Of a stretch of 55,354 nucleotides of DNA, positions 45,301 to 54,673 are shown in pieces. Below the pieces are notes generated by a model. That model ran no database searches and was not told the DNA's origin. It worked only from the letters and a program-made list of their open reading frames with translations. Positions within the stretch are counted from its first letter, which is position 1; the number at the start of each line of letters is the position of its first letter. The translations under genes and the position numbers were made by a program. This stretch comes from Candidatus Eiseniibacteriota bacterium (GTDB lineage: Bacteria; Eisenbacteria; RBG-16-71-46; JABDJR01; JAWXBZ01): contig JAWXBZ010000045.1 in assembly GCA_034440375.1 (NCBI GenBank), forward strand, positions 1-55,354. The letters are read 5' to 3'.

Positions 45301-47173
45301 CATCGCATTGACCTGGCAGCCGAATATCGAACTGGACAATCGCGGCTACGTCGTCTATCGGGGAACAGCCGCCGGCGGTCCGTTCGCCCGTGTCAACATG
45401 TATGCTGACAATCGAATCGCCTACTACAATGACGAAAACCTGGCGCCCCTGACGCGATTCTATTATCGGGTGGCCTCGATCGATCAGTCCGGGAATGAAA
45501 GCCCCCAGTCGATCGTGGCAGCCGCCACGACCACGCTGTCCAGCTCGGCCGGCTACCCGCTGTTGCTTGGCGGATCGACATCGTCCTCCCCGACATTCTC
45601 ATACTTTGACGGGGACACGATTCCTGAAATTGTCTGCGGCGCGGAGGAACTGTACGTCATCAGCGGGCTCGGAATCGAGTTCGTCGACGGTGACAACGAC
45701 GGTCGGACGTATGGCGTCTACTCCAGCTCGGGTTACGCCACGTTCTGGTCGCCGCCGTCGTCGACCGACATCGACCTGGATGGCGTCATCGACGTCTGCG
45801 CGGCCGGGTGGAGCAACGGACTTCTTTATCTTTACGATGGCCATCTCGGTACCAAGCCGGGATTTCCGGTGAACATTGACGTCAGTGGCACCGGCAACCC
45901 CGGCACCTGGAGCGCCCCGGTCATGGTTGACGTCGATGGTGACGACGTGATGGAAATCTTCATCAACTCGGGAGCCCACACGTACGCATTTCACGCTGAC
46001 GGCTCGGAACTGGTCGATGGGGATGCGAACCCGGCCACCCAGGGGGTTTTCGCCGCCCTCGGTGCGCCGTCCAACTACTCGACACCGCGTATCGTCGACC
46101 TCGACAACAATGGGGTCATGGAAGTGATCATCGCCAGCCGCGACAGGAAGCTGTACGTGAAGCATCTCAATGGCACCAACTATCCGGGCTTCCCGATCAC
46201 GTACACCGGGGACATCACGTCAACGCCGGCCATCGGTGACCTGAACAACGACGGATTGAAGGAGATCGTCTTTGGTTGCAGCGACAACAAGCTGTATGCC
46301 TTCAACATCAACAAGGTGGCCCCGCCCGGGTGGCCGAAGGGGGTCAATTTCAACCAGGACCTCGATTCGAGTCCGGCACTGGCTGACATGAACGGGGATG
46401 GGTTCCTCGATGTGGCCATCTGCGCTGGAAACGGAACGGTGGGGATCTTCAAGGGGCAGGATGGCGGGATCTTTCCCGGTTTTCCTGTCATACTGACGAA
46501 TGGCGCGGGTCAGTCCATACAGATACGGTCAAGTCCGTCCATCGGCAACGTCGATACCTCGCCGGACCTGGAAATGGTCTTCGGCGGGCAGGACGGCAAC
46601 GTCTATGCCCTGAAGACAAACGGCACGATGGCCATCGGATTTCCGATCAAGACCGATAACGTCGTGGAAGGGGGGGCGGTTCTCTGGGATGTCGATGGGG
46701 ATGGCCTTACCGAAGTATGCGTTCAAAGTTTCGACCAGCGGTTGTATGTCTGGGACACGCCGGCGCCCTTCACCGCCCAATCATGTCCATGGCCGATGTT
46801 CGGCCACGACAGCCGTCGAACCGGCGTGGTCGGCAACCCCATCTTCATTGTGACGGGGACTCCCGATTCGCCGCCGGCACCGCCTCTTCCATTGACCCTG
46901 GCCCAGAATTCACCGAATCCATTTCAGCCGGCGACAACGATCCGATTCCGCGTGGCGCCGGACTCAAACGTCCGGTCGGCGCAGCTGGCAGTTTTTGATC
47001 CATCGGGGCGGCTGGTGCGCCGATTGTTTGAGGGCGAGGTGGCAGCGGGGGAATTCGAGTTTCGCTGGGATGGTCTGGATGACGCCGGGTGTGCCGTGGG
47101 GTCCGGAGTTTATTTCTACCGGATTGAAGCGAACGGGCAGTCGATCACTCGAAAGATGGTGCTCGCGCGGTAA
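42395..47173 (+). CDS. C25 (gingipain-family) cysteine peptidase with propeptide, Ig/FnIII-like modules, FG-GAP/VCBS-like repeats and FlgD-Ig CTD
   Basis: GAGGAGG RBS; WKTERG, YVLLAG, PADMYY, WLGR, His in IQHVGHG, Cys in SINCTS, LLGDP; DxDxDG repeats; terminal QNSPNPF...WDGLDD..GSGVYFYRI..KMVLAR. Confidence 0.9.
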   Translation: MLQSRRRPRQFPFGILRPVARTLFFSALMAAISIGVAGAGVHQVEVRFDPAAITRGVRMGVDGAAWLLPGCSVWNEAGAPAVPFRPVLLAVPAGERVVSVTTRASGASVELDLGEPGIGSTDGRRAPTAWDGATPYPARLHRSSDAGWMRGQQIQPLTIWPLDWDPGRGLATLTTSILIEMVTEAAPPPADTFLPLRPSARVDGHFGALLSSCVLNPELLADESRRRDVIRPLDSAATPFSPRFRPSVDGSPVEMVIITSEALEPYFTPLAVWKTERGIPTVVRSTEWIRANYPNAVDLASTIRRFIADAASRWGTEYVLLAGGSEIIPVRYGKSLYFGGEDIPADMYYQCLDGTWNSDGDAFFGEGYNSSLITGDGCDLFPEVWLGRAAVSDSTTAQTFVSKNLTYERDPAPGYLTRAMMMAEVLFPQHYSTGDSIVYDGAYVAEQALSRFPPSFTLSRYYENFPPYAPLGALPETKTAVVDAVNSGYGIIQHVGHGYINTMAVGIDGLTLGNPDVAAFSNGPRYSLLYSINCTSAAFDFNCIGEEWLENATGGAVANVGSTRFDFPGTGTEYQNEFYRVLFGAPVPSLGEAFAGSKIPFIAESTSDSEHRWTQFAQVLLGDPSLRIWRYEPVAAAVSHPSSIELGAGVVVVTVMRGGSPVDSAVVCLFKNSDDYVVALTDGAGQATLDFHPDRPGQSRLTVTHPTLRPWQSDIAVLAPALPHLFASLAVVDDATAPADGNGDTIFDLEETVRFELVLTNQGTAPATLVTATLVSADPNLQIIDGTASWPSLGVGASAPPIDPFVIRAVGTATDRYETTATLIIAAAGYSRSEPVIILVGAPLLERYRLLRSDVGLGNGNGLIEVGENQTLTLTLRNNGRGAVRNVTARLRPLGPETTISDSMASFGTIGADQVAIGDPFVFQWSTINPSRKMRLVVESLGKTLMSFDVDVYPPGTPVLPAAGGKASSIALTWQPNIELDNRGYVVYRGTAAGGPFARVNMYADNRIAYYNDENLAPLTRFYYRVASIDQSGNESPQSIVAAATTTLSSSAGYPLLLGGSTSSSPTFSYFDGDTIPEIVCGAEELYVISGLGIEFVDGDNDGRTYGVYSSSGYATFWSPPSSTDIDLDGVIDVCAAGWSNGLLYLYDGHLGTKPGFPVNIDVSGTGNPGTWSAPVMVDVDGDDVMEIFINSGAHTYAFHADGSELVDGDANPATQGVFAALGAPSNYSTPRIVDLDNNGVMEVIIASRDRKLYVKHLNGTNYPGFPITYTGDITSTPAIGDLNNDGLKEIVFGCSDNKLYAFNINKVAPPGWPKGVNFNQDLDSSPALADMNGDGFLDVAICAGNGTVGIFKGQDGGIFPGFPVILTNGAGQSIQIRSSPSIGNVDTSPDLEMVFGGQDGNVYALKTNGTMAIGFPIKTDNVVEGGAVLWDVDGDGLTEVCVQSFDQRLYVWDTPAPFTAQSCPWPMFGHDSRRTGVVGNPIFIVTGTPDSPPAPPLPLTLAQNSPNPFQPATTIRFRVAPDSNVRSAQLAVFDPSGRLVRRLFEGEVAAGEFEFRWDGLDDAGCAVGSGVYFYRIEANGQSITRKMVLAR

Positions 47174-47210
47174 CAATCGCGGCCGAGCGGATTTCGTTCG
47201 TCCTGCCAAT

Positions 47211-47239
47211 TTGACAGGGCCCTGGGGCTCCATTAGCCT
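47211..47239 (+). promoter_or_regulatory. Putative sigma70 promoter of the second C25 gene
   Basis: TTGACA-17 bp-TAGCCT. Confidence 0.6.
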
Positions 47240-47430
47240 CATATGGTTCTGGATCCGTCGCCGGGACAGAGCCCCGCGTGTCACCAGCATGAGGAGACAT
47301 TCATCGGGACTGGCTAAAGGCAATCCGCTGACACGACGATTCTGATCTATCCGGGCAACGCCTGCCGGGTATCTGACGTTTCGTTCTTGGCGACTGTTCG
47401 CAATTCATGCCGGATCCGGAGGTTTCCCGA

Positions 47431-50400
47431 ATGCTCGATTCTCCCTGTCCCCCCGGGCGCAAGCCCGTCCTCATTCAATTGATCGCGCTCACCATTGGCC
47501 TCCTGACGTCACTGGCGTCCTTCGCGAACCCGGGCCCGCTTCGGCTCGATCGCCGATTGTCGCCCGACGATGTCACCATCGACAGCCGCGCCAACGTCCC
47601 CGTCATCCGAATGAAGGGGGAGACGTTTCGTGCCCTGGCCGGAGGCACATGGCCGGAGGCGCTGACCTGGTTCGCCCTGCCGCCGGGACAGGTGGCTGAA
47701 AAGGTGACCGTGACGGCCGACGACCCGGTCGACATCGAGGAGGTTACCGCGCTGGACCTGGCCCCTTTGCTCGAGGGACTGCCGCGTGTCGGGGCACCGC
47801 TTTCGATTCGACGCGCGGAGGGGAACTCGCGCGGTGTGCGATTGCTCGGTCTTGGCGTCTCGCCGTTGGCCTGGGATGCCGCTCGCGGGCGGCTCGTCTT
47901 GTACCAGCGGCTCGAATTTACCGTTGATCTGGCCCCCGAGCCGGCGCCGGCCGCCGCCTTGACGCCCGGACGCCCGGGTAGCCCCGGCGACAACCGATTT
48001 CGCGACGCCCTGCGCGGCCTGGTGGCCAACCCCGGCCTGATCGTGGACGGAATCCCGCCCGCCGCCGAACAACTACGGGGCGATTTCGCGCCAAGTTCAT
48101 TCGTGGACGACGCCTGGGAAGGGCCTTTCCGACCGTCACTCGACGGCCGGCCCGTGGACATGGTCATCATCACCGGTGAGGCGCTTGAATCGGAGTATCA
48201 GCGACTGGCCGAATGGCGGACCCGAAGCGGCATCTACACCGTGATCCGCACCGTCGAGTGGATTGCCGCCGAATACCCGGAAGGCGTTGATCTGGCCGAT
48301 CGCATTCGTCGATTCATCAGGGACGCCGTGTCGGGCTGGGGGGTGGAGTGGGTTCTCCTCGGCGGCGATGCCGATGTCGTGCCGGTACGCTACGGGCGGA
48401 ACCAGTACTTCGGCGGCGAGGACATTCCCGCCGACATCTACTACCAGTGTCTTGATCGCACCTGGAACGAGAATGGGAACGATGATTTCGGCGAGGGGGC
48501 ACCTCCCGGCGACGGGACCCTGCCGGCCGACAACGCCGACCTGATCCCCGATGTCTGGCTGGCCCGGATTCCCTGCTCCTCGGCCGAGGGCACCCGCTTG
48601 ATGATCGACAAGACCTTCCAGTACGAGCGGACGCCGATCCTTGCCCCCGGATACCTGGACCGGTTCGTGTCCATGGCCGAGGTACTCCAGCCGTCGAACT
48701 GGAATTTTCCAGATACGGTGGTCTTCGACGGCGCGCTCCTGTCCGAGGAACTCATTGCGGGGCTATCGCCGTTCTACCAGATCGACCGTTTCTACGAGAA
48801 CTGGCGGGCCTATCAACAAGTGGGGGCCATGCCCGAGACCCGGGATGCGGTCCTGGCCGCGATGAGCGCCGGCGCCGCCATCGTGAATCATGACGGCCAT
48901 GGCTTTCACAACAATCTCTCGGTCGGCATCGGCGGACTGGAAGTTGTCCGTACCGACGTCGATGCCCTGGCAAATGTCGGCAGGCCGTTCCTCTTCTTCG
49001 GCATCAACTGCAATTCGGCGGCCATCGACTTCGATTGCATCGCCGAGCACTTTCTCTGCCAGCCGAACGGGGCCTTCGCCTACATGGGGTCGACGCGTTT
49101 CGACTTTCCCGGAACTGGCGATCTTTATCAGTCGGAGTTCATCGAGAACCTGATGGATGGTGTACCACTGGGGAAGGCCCATGCGCTGGCCAAGCTGGCC
49201 GAGGTGCCGCTGGCCCAGTTCGACGGGCCGGAGCGCTGGCATCAGTTCTCCCTGCTCTGCCTGGCCGATCCGGCCGTACCGATCTATTCCGACCTGCCGC
49301 GATCGCTGTCCGTGATGCACGCGTCATCACTGACGCTGGGTCAGCCGGTGCCGGTCACAGTGACCCGCCTCGGGGCACCCCTGGCCGGCGCCCGCGTCAC
49401 GCTGTACCGCGCGGGTGAGGTATTTATCACGGCGACCACCGACGTCAACGGGCAGGTCACGCTGGAATGCGCCGCTGAAACCCCGGGCCCGCTATCGCTG
49501 GTGGTGACCGCGCGGAATTCGTTACCCTATGAGGCAACTCCGATGCTTGGGCTGCCGGCTGCCGCCGCATGGCCCGTCATTCGATCCATTCGGGTGGATG
49601 ACATGGCCTCCGGCAACGGCAACGGACGGCTCGAGGCGGGCGAGACGGCCGATCTCTTGATCACCGTTCGCAACGACGGCAGCGCTCCGGCGGCGAACCT
49701 GGGATTATCGATTGGAACTACAACCGCGGCAGTAAGCTTTCCGAGCGCGACCGGTCTCCTCGGCACGCTGGCCGCCGGCGCCTCGGACTCGACCTGGGAT
49801 GGCGCCCCGATACGGGTTGCTGTCGAAGCGGGCGTACCCGGATGGCTGGATGTCGAATCGCTTGTCACCCTGTCGTGGACCGGTGGTTCACGCGTCATAC
49901 CGGTGGGGTTGCGCGTTGGCGGCGCCGTCCTGGCCGTTCGCTCGCAGAGCTATGTGGACGATCCAGGCGGTCCGGCTTCCGACGGTGTAGTCCTGGCCAA
50001 CGAACTGATTCACCTGACGCCGGTGATTGTCAATCAGGGCGGCGCCCGAACCGGGAGCGTCATTGTAAGACTGGAAAGCGTTGATCCGCGGGTCACCCTG
50101 GAAACCGCCCAGGTCGTCGTGGGTCCGCTGGAGGCCGGACAGGCGCTGGCACTGCCCGTGCCGCTGGCGTTTCGGGTCAGTGACCTTCAGGCCTTGCCGA
50201 CCATCGACCTGGTGCTGTCGATCGGGTCACCCGAATACGGCCGGCGGGCCGTTGATCTGAAACCTCCGGGAGTTCCACCGATTCCCTTCGGGCTGTCGCG
50301 GCCCTCCTCGATCCTGTTGACCTGGTTTCCGGTTCTTGACCCGGACATCCGGGGTTACGCCATCTACCGTTCCGCCAGCGAAAGCGGGCCTTTCGATCTC

Positions 50401-52455
50401 CTGAATCCGGATGTCGACAATGCCATGGGTTACTACGAGGACATCAACCTGCCGCCGTTCAGTCGGTGGTTTTACCGGGTGGCCTCGATGGATCGCTCCG
50501 GGAACCAGTCCGGCACGAGCGCCACGGTCAACTTTGCCACGAGCTATCCCACGCTGGGAAACTGGCCGATTCGTCGAGAGGGGGCCACGCCCTCCTCGCC
50601 GGTTGTCCATGACTTTGACGGCGACGGTATTCTGGAAATCATCATCGGCGGTGAGGAAATCTATGTCGTGCGAGCCGACGGCACCGAATACCGGAACGGC
50701 GACGATGACAGCCGTACGCTCGGGATCCTGACGCGGACAAACAAGGCCAACTTCTGGTCGACTCCCGCGGTGGCCGATGTGGATGGGGATGGAATCCTCG
50801 ACATCGTGGCCGCCGGCTTCAACGACGGCAAACTGTACGTTTTCGGGAGTGACGGGTCAACGCGCGCGGGATGGCCGAGAGCGCTCGGAAACCCCCTCGG
50901 CCAGTCCGATGCCGCCGTGGCGTGGGGTTCCCCCCTGATCGTTGATCTGACCAACGATGGGTCGCGTGAGATCATTATCCCCGGAAATCGGTACCTGTTT
51001 GCCTTCCACGCCGACGGCACAGAAGTGTCCGACGGCGATTCCAACCCGGCCACCTACGGCCCCTGGCTCGATCTGGGAGGCGCATTCAATTACGGGACCG
51101 CCGCCGCGGCCGATTTCGACCAGGACGGCCGGCCGGAAATTGCGGTCGGCAGTCGCAGCGGACAGTTTTTTCTGATCGACGACACCGGCATCGTCATGCC
51201 GGGCTTTCCAAAGGTCTACCCCGGTGCGCAGATCACCGGTTCGCCGGCGATCGCCGACCTCGACAAGGACGGCGAACTGGAGGCGATCTTCCCGCTGCGA
51301 AACACCGCGGAAATTCACGCTGTCAACCGGTTCGGTGCATCGCCTCCGGGCTGGCCTGTCCGGATCGCCGTCAACCAGGACCTGGATGCCTCACCGACGG
51401 TGGCCGACCTGGACGGCGACACGTTTCCGGACGTGGTCATGGTCGGTGGCTCCGGCCGTGTGTCGATCTGGAAAGGGCAGAACGGCGTCATCTTCCCGGG
51501 TTTCCCGGTCAACCTGGCGCTTCTCGAGCAGGCCCAGTCCTTCGCGGTGCGCGGCACACCCTGCCTCGGCGACGTGACGGGTGACGGGGTACCGGACATC
51601 CTGATCGGCACACAGACCGCCAGTGTTTACGGGTTGTCGACAAGCGGGCAGGTTCTGCCGGGCTTTCCGCTCCGGGCCGAGGACAACATCGAAGGGGGAC
51701 CGCTCCTCTGGGATATCGATGGCGATGGCAATACCAACATCGTCTTCGGATCGATCGACCGGAAGATTTATGCGTACGACACCCCCGGCCTGTTCAATCC
51801 AATCAGCTGCCCCTGGCCCATGTTCCGCCACGACCAGATGAACACCGGCTTTGTCGGCAAACCATTGTCGGTGCCGGCCGAGCCGGCTCTCAGTAACTTG
51901 ACCGCCCTGGCCACGCTGGAGGGAATTCGACTCGAGTGGTCCCTTTCGGGGGATGGCTGGACCGGGTGGGTCGTGGAGCGTTTCCCCGCAGCACTACCGG
52001 AGGCCGCCGAACGCCTGACCGTGGAGGCGTTGCCGCACCGGACGGGCACAATGACCTACCTCGACGGGACGGCGCGGCCTGGTGATCGGTACGCCTACCG
52101 GCTTAGCGTGATCGACCGCCTGGGACATGTCCGGACTTTCCCCGAACTGCTCGCCTCGATCCCGGCAGGAGCACCCAGGGCCCTGGCCGGATCCGCGGCA
52201 CCCAATCCCTTCGGTGCCGGTACAACGCTCTCCTACGCCATTGCCGAAGGGCCGACGAAGGTGACCCTGGATGTCTTTGATCCTCTCGGGCGACGGATTC
52301 GACGGGTCGAGTCGATTGATCGGGCACCCGGCACGTACAGCACTGTCTGGGATGGCCGTGACGACTCGGGTGCGGAGGTCCTTCCCGGAGTCTATTATTG
52401 GCGGCTGACCGCCGGGCCCGATCAGGTCCGCGGCAAGCTGACCCGTATCCGTTGA
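47431..52455 (+). CDS. Second C25 peptidase / FG-GAP / FlgD-Ig protein (paralog)
   Basis: GGAGG RBS; WVLLGGD, PADIYY, His in NHDGHG, Cys in GINCNS; DxDGDG repeats; APNPF..WDGRDDSG..PGVYYWRL. An alternative start lies at 47407. Confidence 0.9.
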   Translation: MLDSPCPPGRKPVLIQLIALTIGLLTSLASFANPGPLRLDRRLSPDDVTIDSRANVPVIRMKGETFRALAGGTWPEALTWFALPPGQVAEKVTVTADDPVDIEEVTALDLAPLLEGLPRVGAPLSIRRAEGNSRGVRLLGLGVSPLAWDAARGRLVLYQRLEFTVDLAPEPAPAAALTPGRPGSPGDNRFRDALRGLVANPGLIVDGIPPAAEQLRGDFAPSSFVDDAWEGPFRPSLDGRPVDMVIITGEALESEYQRLAEWRTRSGIYTVIRTVEWIAAEYPEGVDLADRIRRFIRDAVSGWGVEWVLLGGDADVVPVRYGRNQYFGGEDIPADIYYQCLDRTWNENGNDDFGEGAPPGDGTLPADNADLIPDVWLARIPCSSAEGTRLMIDKTFQYERTPILAPGYLDRFVSMAEVLQPSNWNFPDTVVFDGALLSEELIAGLSPFYQIDRFYENWRAYQQVGAMPETRDAVLAAMSAGAAIVNHDGHGFHNNLSVGIGGLEVVRTDVDALANVGRPFLFFGINCNSAAIDFDCIAEHFLCQPNGAFAYMGSTRFDFPGTGDLYQSEFIENLMDGVPLGKAHALAKLAEVPLAQFDGPERWHQFSLLCLADPAVPIYSDLPRSLSVMHASSLTLGQPVPVTVTRLGAPLAGARVTLYRAGEVFITATTDVNGQVTLECAAETPGPLSLVVTARNSLPYEATPMLGLPAAAAWPVIRSIRVDDMASGNGNGRLEAGETADLLITVRNDGSAPAANLGLSIGTTTAAVSFPSATGLLGTLAAGASDSTWDGAPIRVAVEAGVPGWLDVESLVTLSWTGGSRVIPVGLRVGGAVLAVRSQSYVDDPGGPASDGVVLANELIHLTPVIVNQGGARTGSVIVRLESVDPRVTLETAQVVVGPLEAGQALALPVPLAFRVSDLQALPTIDLVLSIGSPEYGRRAVDLKPPGVPPIPFGLSRPSSILLTWFPVLDPDIRGYAIYRSASESGPFDLLNPDVDNAMGYYEDINLPPFSRWFYRVASMDRSGNQSGTSATVNFATSYPTLGNWPIRREGATPSSPVVHDFDGDGILEIIIGGEEIYVVRADGTEYRNGDDDSRTLGILTRTNKANFWSTPAVADVDGDGILDIVAAGFNDGKLYVFGSDGSTRAGWPRALGNPLGQSDAAVAWGSPLIVDLTNDGSREIIIPGNRYLFAFHADGTEVSDGDSNPATYGPWLDLGGAFNYGTAAAADFDQDGRPEIAVGSRSGQFFLIDDTGIVMPGFPKVYPGAQITGSPAIADLDKDGELEAIFPLRNTAEIHAVNRFGASPPGWPVRIAVNQDLDASPTVADLDGDTFPDVVMVGGSGRVSIWKGQNGVIFPGFPVNLALLEQAQSFAVRGTPCLGDVTGDGVPDILIGTQTASVYGLSTSGQVLPGFPLRAEDNIEGGPLLWDIDGDGNTNIVFGSIDRKIYAYDTPGLFNPISCPWPMFRHDQMNTGFVGKPLSVPAEPALSNLTALATLEGIRLEWSLSGDGWTGWVVERFPAALPEAAERLTVEALPHRTGTMTYLDGTARPGDRYAYRLSVIDRLGHVRTFPELLASIPAGAPRALAGSAAPNPFGAGTTLSYAIAEGPTKVTLDVFDPLGRRIRRVESIDRAPGTYSTVWDGRDDSGAEVLPGVYYWRLTAGPDQVRGKLTRIR

Positions 52456-52477
52456 GACTCGCCCGGTTCGAGGAGAG

Positions 52478-53968
52478 ATGATGGCAACGCCCGTTCGTGT
52501 CCGCTTCGCGCCCAGTCCGACCGGTTACCTGCACGTAGGCGGGGCGCGGACGGCCCTGTTCAACTGGCTGTACGCCCGGCATCACGGCGGCACCTTCATC
52601 CTCCGCATCGAGGACACGGACGCCGAGCGCTCAACGGATGAATCGACGCGGGCCATCTTCGACGGGATGAGGTGGCTCGGCCTCAACTGGGATGAGGGGC
52701 CTGACCGGGGGGGGCCGCATGCGCCGTATGTCCAGACGGAACGCCGGGCCACCTATCACGAAGTGGCCGAGGAGCTCCTGGCGCGCGGTCAGGCCTATCG
52801 CTGCTTCTGCAGCCCGGATGAATTGAAAGAGCGCCGCGAGGCCGCCATGAAGGAGGGGCGTACGCCGGGATACGACGGGCGCTGCCGAACGCTCAACGCC
52901 GCTGAAGTTGCAGCCCACATGGCCGCCGGGCTGCCCATGGCCCTTCGCATCCAGACACCACCGGGGGAGAGCGCCTGGGTCGATGCTATCAAGGGAGAAA
53001 TCCGGTTCGATCACAAGAACCTGGAGGACTTCGTGATCATGAAGTCGGACGGCAATCCGACCTACAACTTTGCCGCCACCATCGACGACATCCGGATGGA
53101 GATCACCCATGTCCTGCGCGGGGACGATCATGTATCGAACACGCCGCGTCAGATTATCCTGTATCGGGCGCTGGGCGCCCCGCTGCCGGTCTTCGGCCAT
53201 TTGCCGATGATCCTGGGCGGCGACGGCACCCGGCTCTCGAAGCGCCATGGCGCGACGGCTGTCGATGCCTACGCCGACATGGGATTCCTGCCGGACGCCA
53301 TGATCAATTACCTGGCGTTGCTCGGCTGGTCGCTGGATGGTGAGCATGAAATTTTCGCTCGAAAGGAATTGATCGAGGTCTTTACGCTGGAGCGCTGCGG
53401 TTCAACGCCATCGATCTTCGACATTCAGAAGCTGGAGTGGCTGAATGGCCTGTATCTGCGCGGCATGCCGGTGGCCGAACGAACGGCGCTCGTGACGACC
53501 TATCTTGGCGAACGAAACCTCTGGCCCAGGGCCGGTCGCGACGAAGCCTGGCTCAACCGGGTCGTCGACGCCGTCGGCGATCGCCTGAAGCGGATCAACA
53601 GCATCATCGACTACGCCGGATTCCTCTTCGTCGACGTGGTCCAATTCGATCCAGTCGCCTACGAAGACATGGCCAGGCGCAAACGCGTAACGGAAATCCT
53701 GCCGGCCGTCCGCCGCATGCTGGCCACCGTCGAACCATTCGACGAAGCGGCCACGGAGGCCGGCCTGCGTCTGGCAGCGGAAGCACTGGGCCAGAAGGCG
53801 GGGGACCTGATCCACCCGACCCGAGTGGCACTGACCGGAAAGAAGGTCGGCCCCGGCATCTTCGAGACAATCGTCCTGACCGGGCGCGAGGAGGCGGTCA
53901 AAAGGCTCGAGCACGCGGAGCACCTGCTGGCCGAGTCGTATTCGCCGATCGCCGAGGAAACCCGCTGA
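52478..53968 (+). CDS. gltX: Glutamate-tRNA ligase
   Basis: RFAPSPTGYLHVGG, LRIEDTD, ITHVLRGDDH and RLSKRHG motifs; anticodon-binding domain RVALTG..GPGIFE. Confidence 0.98.
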   Translation: MMATPVRVRFAPSPTGYLHVGGARTALFNWLYARHHGGTFILRIEDTDAERSTDESTRAIFDGMRWLGLNWDEGPDRGGPHAPYVQTERRATYHEVAEELLARGQAYRCFCSPDELKERREAAMKEGRTPGYDGRCRTLNAAEVAAHMAAGLPMALRIQTPPGESAWVDAIKGEIRFDHKNLEDFVIMKSDGNPTYNFAATIDDIRMEITHVLRGDDHVSNTPRQIILYRALGAPLPVFGHLPMILGGDGTRLSKRHGATAVDAYADMGFLPDAMINYLALLGWSLDGEHEIFARKELIEVFTLERCGSTPSIFDIQKLEWLNGLYLRGMPVAERTALVTTYLGERNLWPRAGRDEAWLNRVVDAVGDRLKRINSIIDYAGFLFVDVVQFDPVAYEDMARRKRVTEILPAVRRMLATVEPFDEAATEAGLRLAAEALGQKAGDLIHPTRVALTGKKVGPGIFETIVLTGREEAVKRLEHAEHLLAESYSPIAEETR

Positions 53969-53986
53969 ACCAGTCCCAATAAGTGG

Positions 53987-54015
53987 TTGCATCCACACCA
54001 CGCAGTTGGTAAATT
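53987..54015 (+). promoter_or_regulatory. Putative stable-RNA promoter
   Basis: TTGCAT-17 bp-TAAATT followed by a GC-rich discriminator (CCTGCGCGGC), upstream of the tRNAs. Confidence 0.55.
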
Positions 54016-54075
54016 CCTGCGCGGCCTGAAGCCACCTGATTGGCAAATGACGTAATCGATTATCACACAATCGGT

Positions 54076-54149
54076 TGGGGAGTCGTTCAACGGTAGGACA
54101 TCTGCCTCTGGAGCAGAGAATTGGGGTTCGAATCCCTGCTCCCCAGCCA
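54076..54149 (+). tRNA. tRNA-Gln(CTG)
   Basis: Acceptor stem TGGGGAG/CTCCCCA-G-CCA; anticodon arm TCTGC-CT-CTG-GA-GCAGA; GGTTCGAATCC T-loop. Confidence 0.97.
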
Positions 54150-54176
54150 TTTTGATTAAAGATGACTTGAATATCA

Positions 54177-54251
54177 GGCGCTATCGTCTAGGGGTTAGGA
54201 CGGGTGGTTCTCAGCCATCAAACCGGGGTTCGATTCCCCGTAGCGCCACCA
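54177..54251 (+). tRNA. tRNA-Glu(CTC)
   Basis: Acceptor stem GGCGCTA/TAGCGCC-A-CCA; anticodon arm GGTGG-TT-CTC-AG-CCATC; GGTTCGATTCC T-loop. Confidence 0.96.
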
Positions 54252-54257
54252 GCAGTA

Positions 54258-54290
54258 GTCGGGGGTAACCGCAATGCGGTTACCCCCGAC
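54258..54290. terminator. Perfect 15-bp hairpin between the tRNAs and the convergent toxin gene
   Basis: GTCGGGGGTAACCGC-AAT-GCGGTTACCCCCGAC; no clear U-tract. Confidence 0.6.
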
Positions 54291-54334
54291 CGATTTGGTC
54301 CTTCGACATCGTCAACCCGGCGCCCGCACGTCTG

Positions 54335-54673
54335 TCAGGCGCCAATGATCTCATTGAGGCCCTCGAGAACCTGGTCCAATTCCTCCGGGGCTGCCTTGCC
54401 CATGCGTTTGCCGATGCGCTCGACCGATAGCGTCCGAATCTGGCTGATCTTGACCCATGATTGCTTTGGAAGGCGAGGTGTCGTCAGTTCCAGCGTCAGC
54501 GGGAATGCGGCTCGCTGCGGCTGGCTTGTCAATGCGACGGCGATCACGGTACCCGAACGGTCGTTGAACACATTCTGGCTGAGAATCAAAACCGGGCGCT
54601 GACCAGATTGCTCATTCCCGCGCGTAGGGTTGAGATCCGCCCAGCGAATCTCGCCTCTCAGTATTCCGGCCAT
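54335..54673 (-). CDS. mazF: PemK/MazF-family endoribonuclease toxin
   Basis: RGEIRWADLNPTRGNEQSGQRPVLILS..FN and QIRTLSVERI motifs. Confidence 0.93.
   Translation of the reverse strand: MAGILRGEIRWADLNPTRGNEQSGQRPVLILSQNVFNDRSGTVIAVALTSQPQRAAFPLTLELTTPRLPKQSWVKISQIRTLSVERIGKRMGKAAPEELDQVLEGLNEIIGA

Noticed and set aside
45600-51800. Recurrent GAC-GGC-GAC-type repeats
   Set aside because: These are coding DxDxDG FG-GAP repeats and paralog similarity, not CRISPR or DNA-level repeats.
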